DNA of 31,894 nt. Origin: a virus. Taxonomy: Duplodnaviria; Caudoviricetes. The first letter of the stretch is position 1. Each line of letters begins with the position of its first letter. The translations under genes and the position numbers were made by a program. Below, piece after piece: positions 17,860-24,025 of the stretch. Location of the stretch: positions 1-31,894 of IMG/VR virus record IMGVR_UViG_3300031227_000247; one strand, given 5' to 3'. A model generated the notes under the pieces. The model had not been told where the DNA came from and did no database searches. It saw only the letters and a program-made list of their open reading frames with translations.

Positions 17860-18222
17860 TCACAAGAAAGCGATCCGCAGAAACTCGGTAGCCTTGAGAT
17901 TCCCAATCTTCCTGAACGCTCGAATCTCCCACGCGCCGTCCTCTTCCTTGGGATCATCCGCGAATCCACTGGCCTCGGCCTCCGTCAATGTTCCAAGCAT
18001 CAGCACCCCACCCAGCTCCACGTCGGACTCGATAAAAACCTTGGCCCTGCTCACCTGCCGTGTGCCATCCGGCGCTACAAACTCCTCGTTTACCTCGTCC
18101 CACCGACACTTCAGTTGCACCGGATCTATCACCACCGGCTTACCGAAGGCGTCAAACTCAGTCACGGAACTTGGCGCCCAGTAGACAGCCGTCTGCTTTT
18201 GGATCTTGGTAATGATGCTCAC
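17860..18222 (-). CDS. Head closure / head-tail adaptor protein
   Basis: GTGA overlap with the upstream stop; QTAVYW..DAFGKP..CRWDE pattern; synteny. Confidence 0.75.
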   Translation of the reverse strand: MSIITKIQKQTAVYWAPSSVTEFDAFGKPVVIDPVQLKCRWDEVNEEFVAPDGTRQVSRAKVFIESDVELGGVLMLGTLTEAEASGFADDPKEEDGAWEIRAFRKIGNLKATEFLRIAFL

Positions 18223-18605
18223 GACAAGTCGCTCCCAAGCCAAGTCATGGACCCTTCTACAATCCTGATACCCTTGTCGGCTTTGCGCAGATTGCCCGCC
18301 GTATCTATCCGCATAGCCATCTGTCCGTAATGCGTAACATTGAGCCCAAGATCCACCTTGCTCTGATACTTGACCGAGGGCCCTCCACTAATGCCTTCGC
18401 TTGCCGGCCTCGTGTCCCGGATGGCGACGAAATGGGCAGCCAGCCACAGCTCAATCCTTTTTAGCTTTGCTGCAACATAGCTGCTGCTACTACACAGGTC
18501 CGTTACCAGATTGGAGGCAGCGTCGATGAATGGATTGAGGTTGGTGATGGAAACATCCACCTCAATGATTTCCTTCACCTCATCCGCTGTTACACGTGCC
18601 GCCAT
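18219..18605 (-). CDS. Head-tail connector (gp6/gp15-like)
   Basis: GGAGGT RBS; VTADEVK..IELWLAAHF..T.YGQMA..D..G.L pattern; synteny. Confidence 0.8.
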   Translation of the reverse strand: MAARVTADEVKEIIEVDVSITNLNPFIDAASNLVTDLCSSSSYVAAKLKRIELWLAAHFVAIRDTRPASEGISGGPSVKYQSKVDLGLNVTHYGQMAMRIDTAGNLRKADKGIRIVEGSMTWLGSDLS

Positions 18606-18620
18606 TGCCTACCTCCAGTC

Positions 18621-18854
18621 TCAGTTGAGAAGCTGAAGAAGCTTTGCGAACCCCACCGACAATCCGCTACCCACTATTGCCGCACCCAAAACCAGACCGA
18701 TGAGCACCCCCTTGCCTTGCATCATGTTCGGGCAGTTCTCCGCATGATGCTCAACCACCTTCCGCATCCCCTCCTGCGTCTGCTCTGCCATCTCCGCAAT
18801 TGCAGCCGTGACAATTGCCCGCACCCATTCACGATCCTGTTCCGAAAGGGCCAT
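18621..18854 (-). CDS. Small membrane protein (77 aa) with one C-terminal transmembrane helix
   Basis: GAGGA RBS then MALSEQDREW..; hydrophobic GVLIGLVLGAAIVGSGLSVGF. Confidence 0.65.
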   Translation of the reverse strand: MALSEQDREWVRAIVTAAIAEMAEQTQEGMRKVVEHHAENCPNMMQGKGVLIGLVLGAAIVGSGLSVGFAKLLQLLN

Positions 18855-18867
18855 TTTCCAATCCTCA

Positions 18868-19512
18868 TTATCTTGGGATGCCAGCCGCTGAGGCGAAGTG
18901 CTCACACAAGGCCTCCTTGGAGAAGTGGTGGAGGTCGCTATCATCCGTCACGTTGACCACCCGTCGTCCTGGGAAGATTTTGGGCAGGGCTTCCGCCAAG
19001 TAATCAAACCCCCTAAGGAAGCGTTGGAAGACATCCTCCTTCGGCTTGAAACAGGATTTATCATGCCAATTGTTCTCCCCATCCTGGAGCCTCATATCAA
19101 AGCCCAATAGGTAGACACATTGGGCCCCGAACAGAAGGGCAAGATTGATTGCTGCCGCGCCTGTGTTCCCGTTCCAGGCCAGCGTGTTCTTCACGCCCAG
19201 GCCCCTGGGTTGACGACACATCTTTCCCAACCAAGGACGGGAGCCATCATCACGAGCAACGAGGCTTGGAAGGCATGTAACTACCAGGCCGTCGAATGCT
19301 TCCAATTCCTTCTCGTATGTGTCCAAGAACACCCGGTCGCCGAAGAGCAGAACATCGACGATTCCAGGGGGAAGCAGAAAGACGGCGTTGCATCCAATCA
19401 CATGCTCATGCTCAAGCAGTGACCAATCGAAGGAGCGTAAGGAAGGCCCGCCCCCAATAATGTAGCAGGCCTTCCCGTTCCACATAGGACTGGGCGTCCA
19501 TGGGGTTTCCAC
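18868..19512 (-). CDS. Maf/DUF115-like (sialyltransferase-related fold) transferase
   Basis: CYIIGGGPSLR, VIGCN, NTGAAAINLALLFGA and VYLLGFDM motifs. Confidence 0.75.
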   Translation of the reverse strand: METPWTPSPMWNGKACYIIGGGPSLRSFDWSLLEHEHVIGCNAVFLLPPGIVDVLLFGDRVFLDTYEKELEAFDGLVVTCLPSLVARDDGSRPWLGKMCRQPRGLGVKNTLAWNGNTGAAAINLALLFGAQCVYLLGFDMRLQDGENNWHDKSCFKPKEDVFQRFLRGFDYLAEALPKIFPGRRVVNVTDDSDLHHFSKEALCEHFASAAGIPR

Positions 19513-19515
19513 ACG

Positions 19516-20115
19516 CTACTCCAGATCGAGGATGAAACCGTCCACCTCGGACCGTTTCATCCCCGTCTTGTTCAGGGGCTTCGCCGAAGCGTCCTTACCA
19601 AGATCGTAGACGTAATAATACTTCCCACGCCTGAAGACCCCAAGATCGGCGTCCATTGCGAGCGGGAAGCTCGCTGTGCGCCTGAGACCGCGTTTGTCGC
19701 GCCTTTTCCCCGCCTTCGCTGGCCTCTGGGCCGCTTGCCCGTGGTCTTGCCCATCGGCAGGCGTCGGCTCAGCGTGGGGCGGTATAGGGACGCTAACGGG
19801 AATGACCGGCTCTGGACGGGAGGAGGGCGAAACGGGGGGCTCGCCCTCCTCCTTTTGCGCGCCGGCTTGGGCAACCTTCGGCACGGCCTTCGGGACAACC
19901 TTCGGCACGGCCTTCGGGACAACCTTCGGCACGGCCTTCGGGACAACCTTCGGCACGGCCTTCGGGACAACCTTCGGCACGGCCTTCGGGACAACCTCGA
20001 AACGCTCCGGGAAGGCTCGCATGAGGTCACCGTCGGATTCGACGATATCGCCTCGCACGTAGTTCTTCCCGGCCCTGTCCTGATGTCTGCTACCGAGTAG
20101 TCTGAATCGCCCCAT
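19516..20115 (-). CDS. Head-associated hypothetical protein with (VVPKAVPK)5 repeat and Pro-rich linker
   Basis: AAGGAGG RBS; first gene after the MCP; two small globular-looking ends joined by low-complexity sequence. Confidence 0.75.
   Translation of the reverse strand: MGRFRLLGSRHQDRAGKNYVRGDIVESDGDLMRAFPERFEVVPKAVPKVVPKAVPKVVPKAVPKVVPKAVPKVVPKAVPKVAQAGAQKEEGEPPVSPSSRPEPVIPVSVPIPPHAEPTPADGQDHGQAAQRPAKAGKRRDKRGLRRTASFPLAMDADLGVFRRGKYYYVYDLGKDASAKPLNKTGMKRSEVDGFILDLE
19872..19997. repeat. Perfect 24-bp coding tandem repeat, 5 copies plus 6 bp
   Basis: caaccttcggcacggccttcggga at 19872, 19896, 19920, 19944 and 19968, with a 12-bp sub-period. Confidence 0.97.
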
Positions 20116-20185
20116 TGTCTCATCCCTCCTTGTGTAGCATTGAGTAGACTACGCTCAACCGTCCACGTCAGCCGTTGACACCGTC

Positions 20186-21244
20186 TTACTCGTCAACGCT
20201 ACCGTAAACGATGCCAGTGTTGCTGTTCTGGTCCGTGCGCAGTTGCGGGACCAAAATGGCCATGACCTTGAAGTTCTGCTGCAGGCCACCTCGGGATTCC
20301 CACTGCACCGTGGTGATCTCCATGCCGACCACGATCCGGACCACGTCAGCTGTCATCTGGACCAGCACCAACGAGTAGTCCGTCAGGTAGTCAAGCGTTG
20401 AGACACCCTCGATGCCCTGAACCTTCGCGAGCCGTTCGCGAAGCGTATTGTCGCCCTTGGACGCGGAGTAATCATCGTCCATGTAGACGTCCCAGTTGGG
20501 CGAGCAGTAGAGCATCCACGGCCCGTAGTGGAAAGCGTCCTGAGACTGGAGCCGCATCTGCAGCACTTCCTGAACGGTCGTTGCCGGCGTCCAGGCTACA
20601 GCAGTGGGACTCGTGAGGGACCTCGAGAGGGCGTTCGGATAATTGACGTATCCGTAAATGGTCCCGCCGCCGAAGGCGTAGGAACTCGCGACGCCCAAAA
20701 GCAGTTGCTCCGCCATCTCTGCAACCCTGCGAGCAGCCAGTTCGGCCGTCGTGGTGTCGAGGGGGCTGCCCCCATTCCGACTGGCTGCAATCTGCCTTGC
20801 CGAATACTGGAAATCCTTGTGGATGATCGGCAGGGGCAGGTTGACCAGATCGAACTGCGGACGGTCACCTTCGGATTCCCGCAAGCCATCCATGCTAATG
20901 ATGGCAGCGGAGATATCCGACTGGTTCTCCGTCTCGAGGACCGTCTTGCCCATCCCGTTGGGAATTGCGAAGCTCAGCCCACGGCTGCGCAGATCGGCAA
21001 CGGCACGCAGACGGGGCTTCGCTGCCTTCACGATGGCATCGTCCAGGATCTTCCAGTCATCCTTCCGCAGCGTCGCTGTTGCATTGGCGATAGGAATGGC
21101 GCTGGGGATGCCGTTCTGGGTGAGCGTAACATACGTCCGCCCATCCAGTCCCGTGTAGGGACGAAGGGCACCCACGTCGAAGTTGTGGGCCAGCAGGGTC
21201 TCCGCAACATTCCCGCTCGGCCGTCCGTTGAGGATGAAATCCAT
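20186..21244 (-). CDS. Major capsid protein, HK97 fold, encapsulin/Linocin-M18-like
   Basis: AAGGAG RBS before MDFILNG; LRKDDWKILDDAI..LPLPIIHKDFQYSARQIAASR..PLDTT.AELAARRVAEMAEQLLLG; located after the protease and decoration genes. Confidence 0.9.
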   Translation of the reverse strand: MDFILNGRPSGNVAETLLAHNFDVGALRPYTGLDGRTYVTLTQNGIPSAIPIANATATLRKDDWKILDDAIVKAAKPRLRAVADLRSRGLSFAIPNGMGKTVLETENQSDISAAIISMDGLRESEGDRPQFDLVNLPLPIIHKDFQYSARQIAASRNGGSPLDTTTAELAARRVAEMAEQLLLGVASSYAFGGGTIYGYVNYPNALSRSLTSPTAVAWTPATTVQEVLQMRLQSQDAFHYGPWMLYCSPNWDVYMDDDYSASKGDNTLRERLAKVQGIEGVSTLDYLTDYSLVLVQMTADVVRIVVGMEITTVQWESRGGLQQNFKVMAILVPQLRTDQNSNTGIVYGSVDE

Positions 21245-21315
21245 CTTTGTTCTCCTTACGTTTGAGTCCATGCGAAAGTCTCGCCTCATGCTCGATCACA
21301 CAACCTGGTGACCGC

Positions 21316-21759
21316 TTACACGACACGGACCTTGGCACAGGTATCGCTTGTCCCACTTGCGCTCAGGTCGATGGCCTCCCTGGCGTTCGCGATGATCTGC
21401 TGAATGGTGGTGCCGGACGAAACGCTACCCTCAGCAATCAGGGTGCCGTCGCCCGCACTGATGAGTCTCTCGCCCACGACGATGCTTTCACCGGCTTTGA
21501 TGAGCGCGTCCACCTCGGCCCCGGGGTCCACAACATGGAACTGGACGAGGGCGTCGTCCGCGTAAACGTCATCCACCGTGTTGCCCTGCAGCGCATCTTC
21601 GATAGCAAAGAGTCGCTCACAGTAGCCGCCCTCAGTGGCATGGGCTTTGACCTCGGCGCTGGAATCCTCTTCCAGCAGCATGCCGGGCGTCACCGCCCCG
21701 CTTGCCGTTGCCTCCTCGGTCCGGAAACCTCCGCTCAACTGGATGCGATTGGCAGACAT
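21316..21759 (-). CDS. Capsid decoration/cement protein
   Basis: 147 aa, beta-rich (ASGAVTPGML..GERLISAGDGTL), between scaffold and MCP; AAGGAG RBS. Confidence 0.78.
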   Translation of the reverse strand: MSANRIQLSGGFRTEEATASGAVTPGMLLEEDSSAEVKAHATEGGYCERLFAIEDALQGNTVDDVYADDALVQFHVVDPGAEVDALIKAGESIVVGERLISAGDGTLIAEGSVSSGTTIQQIIANAREAIDLSASGTSDTCAKVRVV

Positions 21760-21772
21760 TCTAATGTCTCCT

Positions 21773-21838
21773 TATCTCGACCTTGTGATCCACATCTTTC
21801 GACCATGTGGTCCACGTCTTTCGACCATGTGGTCCACA
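21773..21838. repeat. Intergenic array of three 22-bp direct repeats with palindromic core GACCA-tg-TGGTC (candidate operator)
   Basis: tatctcgaccttgtgatccaca / tctttcgaccatgtggtccacg / tctttcgaccatgtggtccaca, abutting the RBS at 21768-21773. Confidence 0.85.
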
Positions 21839-21886
21839 TTCAAGAACCCGAAAGAGAGAAAACTGACCCGGCAACAGCGGGGGCGC

Positions 21887-22432
21887 TTAGTCCCCGTCCG
21901 TGCCCTCGAAGTTCATCACGGGCACCACAAGCGGCTCTTCCTTGGTCGTGGACGCGACTTCGCCCAGACCCTCGTATGTCGGCGCCGCTTCGCCCGGGGT
22001 TGCCGTTTTGGGTGCCGTCATCTGTGCCATGTTGTGCAGCACGTCGAGCGGCTGGGCGTTCAGGAAGTCCGGCGTGAGTTTGCACGCCTCGTTCGCTGCG
22101 ATGGCAGCGACCAGATGAGCGCGCTGGGCCTTATGCGTCTGGAGGCCGGCGGCGAGCATGTCGCGGATCTCGGGCGGCGCGTTCTGGACGTACTCCTCCG
22201 CCGTCACAGGCTTCTTGGCCTCAACCTCGGTATTGGCAGCCAGGGCCTCGACTTCCGGGACATCCTTCGTAACGGGCTCCTCGACCTCCGCCTCCTGCTC
22301 ATTGACAACCGGGATCATCTTTGCGAGCATGTCATCCTCCAGCTGCATGAGCGCTTCGCGGTCGTCCTCGTCCCACTCTGTGCCCGCGTTCGCGACGAGC
22401 GCGTCCACGAGTTCCTTCTTCTCCTTGCCCAT
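21887..22432 (-). CDS. Putative nested in-frame scaffold protein (181 aa) from an internal start
   Basis: GGAGG (22445-22441) lies 8 nt before an in-frame ATG (MGKEKKELV..). Confidence 0.5.
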   Translation of the reverse strand: MGKEKKELVDALVANAGTEWDEDDREALMQLEDDMLAKMIPVVNEQEAEVEEPVTKDVPEVEALAANTEVEAKKPVTAEEYVQNAPPEIRDMLAAGLQTHKAQRAHLVAAIAANEACKLTPDFLNAQPLDVLHNMAQMTAPKTATPGEAAPTYEGLGEVASTTKEEPLVVPVMNFEGTDGD

Positions 22433-23638
22433 CTTCACGTCCTCCGTTATGGAAGCATTGGTAATCGGCTCGTATTGAGTTACCCGCACAACCTCGATGG
22501 GGAGCCCTTTGAGCGTGATCTTGCCATCCACTTTCAGAAAATCCTGGCGGAACAAACGGCCCCCTCGATCATAGATAACGTGATCGGGGAACAGGTCCTC
22601 AACGTAAGGATATGGAACCGCCCCGTCCTCCCCGTCCGTTGGAAGGAGCGCTTCCACCTCCTTTTGCAGCTCCCTATACGATTGCTCATTCCAAACCACC
22701 GCAACCAATGTGCCGCCGCAGTTCGCACAGACCCGGCTCTCCTGTTCATCATCCGGGAGCCCCTGGTAGACAGTAGCGCAGTTCACACACACACGAGACC
22801 GATTGGTCGCAGGGGCCACGCCAGTCATCGCTGTCCCGCACTTCGGACAGCTCGTCTCATTGCAAGGCGTGCCTCGCTCATGGTTCGCCGTTGCCCCGCA
22901 CTCAGGACAGTGGCACAGATCGGTTCCACCCGTGCCCTGCTTCTCCGCCTCCTGCCCTTGCCCCTTGCCGGTAGCGGCCAATGTGTCCACCACAGCCCTG
23001 CCTATGCGCTCGAAGTCCATCTTTTCCATGCCCTCCCTGTTGACCATAAGTCCCGCGCCGTCCGCCAACGAACAGGCGCCCACTTTGTCCGGCAGCAGCG
23101 CCAGGTGATCGGGGCCATATCCACGCGCGACTGCTTCGTAGGCTTCTCCCTCCCACTCGCCATCGGTGTAGGTATTCGCGGAGAAGAGCCCCGTAGAAAG
23201 TTCCATCGGCGTGCCCTGTTCCAGGGCCTCGAGCACGCGCACGTCCACCGCCTTCAGCCTCTCCTCCTCCAGCCAAGCCTCAGCCTTTAGCTTGCCATCG
23301 GAGAATGACGTGTTCATTACCACGCCAACTTTACGGTTGGTCAAGATGTCCGGATCGCACGCACTCACGGCCTTGCCCTGGAACTGCGGGTGGTAAACAA
23401 CGATGGGCTTGTGATTCCAAACTTGCGAGGTCTTGGCAAGCTCTTCAGCCGGGTAGAAGATCGCGCCATTGCTGCCGGTGTGAACGCCCTCCGTAAGCAT
23501 CACCATCGGCACGACCAGGTAGGGACGTCCCTCCATTGTGTCGTGTCGGACGGACGGGGTAAAGTTGACCGTGATCTGCTGGAAGGAATTTTTGTTCTTC
23601 GCCATGCGTCTGGGTGCCTCCACCTCATTCGTCGTCAT
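21887..23638 (-). CDS. Prohead protease-scaffold fusion (DUF2213-like) with a Cys-rich insert
   Basis: EGVHTGS..YP..L..WN.KP.V..HP, ELSTG and PDHLALLPDKVGACS..DGAG motifs; acidic helical C-terminus. Confidence 0.85.
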   Translation of the reverse strand: MTTNEVEAPRRMAKNKNSFQQITVNFTPSVRHDTMEGRPYLVVPMVMLTEGVHTGSNGAIFYPAEELAKTSQVWNHKPIVVYHPQFQGKAVSACDPDILTNRKVGVVMNTSFSDGKLKAEAWLEEERLKAVDVRVLEALEQGTPMELSTGLFSANTYTDGEWEGEAYEAVARGYGPDHLALLPDKVGACSLADGAGLMVNREGMEKMDFERIGRAVVDTLAATGKGQGQEAEKQGTGGTDLCHCPECGATANHERGTPCNETSCPKCGTAMTGVAPATNRSRVCVNCATVYQGLPDDEQESRVCANCGGTLVAVVWNEQSYRELQKEVEALLPTDGEDGAVPYPYVEDLFPDHVIYDRGGRLFRQDFLKVDGKITLKGLPIEVVRVTQYEPITNASITEDVKMGKEKKELVDALVANAGTEWDEDDREALMQLEDDMLAKMIPVVNEQEAEVEEPVTKDVPEVEALAANTEVEAKKPVTAEEYVQNAPPEIRDMLAAGLQTHKAQRAHLVAAIAANEACKLTPDFLNAQPLDVLHNMAQMTAPKTATPGEAAPTYEGLGEVASTTKEEPLVVPVMNFEGTDGD

Positions 23639-23660
23639 CTTCTTTTCCCTTCACAAAGGC

Positions 23661-23690
23661 ATCATACAAGATCCGACATAGGCGGATCAA
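23661..23690 (-). promoter_or_regulatory. Candidate sigma70-like promoter with an overlapping inverted repeat
   Basis: Minus strand TTGATC-18 bp-TATGAT upstream of the protease gene; GATCCG-N7-CGGATC at 23670-23688. Confidence 0.45.
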
Positions 23691-23764
23691 CCTCCACGAC
23701 AGAAAATCCGAAGAAATCCCAAAGCGTCTACTTCTATACCTCCTTAGATTCCGATACGTAAATC

Positions 23765-24025
23765 TCAATACACCCTCCCCTTGACGAACTCGGGCGGAGG
23801 GCCCAAAACAATCTCCCCCTCGAATACTCCCATGGCGTATTGGACGCGGATGCTTGCAGCGCCAACATGGGTGCCTATGCCCATCTCTATTAGCTCGTCA
23901 TCGTCCGGCTCGTGCAGGCCATTGAGGGCATTCTGCAGATCCGCATCTCCCTCCACCACCCATTCCTCTTTCATCGAAAAGTAGACGGCATCAGCATCCC
24001 CAACTTTGCATGCCCAGGTAGCCAT
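23765..24025 (-). CDS. Small acidic protein (86 aa), candidate immunity protein for the MuF C-terminal domain
   Basis: GAGGAG RBS; TAATG overlap with the MuF stop; MATWACKVGDADAVYF... Confidence 0.65.
   Translation of the reverse strand: MATWACKVGDADAVYFSMKEEWVVEGDADLQNALNGLHEPDDDELIEMGIGTHVGAASIRVQYAMGVFEGEIVLGPPPEFVKGRVY

Noticed and set aside
19872-19997. Possible CRISPR array or replication iterons
   Set aside because: No spacers; in frame within a CDS with a strong RBS; no adjacent AT-rich origin-like tract.
20186-21244. Cellular encapsulin or linocin bacteriocin
   Set aside because: Embedded in a full portal-protease-neck-tail operon with no cargo enzyme gene.
21773-21838. Possible mini CRISPR array
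   Set aside because: Repeats are contiguous with no spacers, and no cas genes are present.
21845-21886. Intrinsic terminator after the scaffold gene
   Set aside because: Only a ~4-bp stem (cccg/cggg) before an interrupted U-rich tract; too weak to call.
21635-23290. 551-aa + strand ORF
   Set aside because: Antisense to the protease/scaffold gene, which has clear family motifs; Arg/Leu/His-rich shadow composition.
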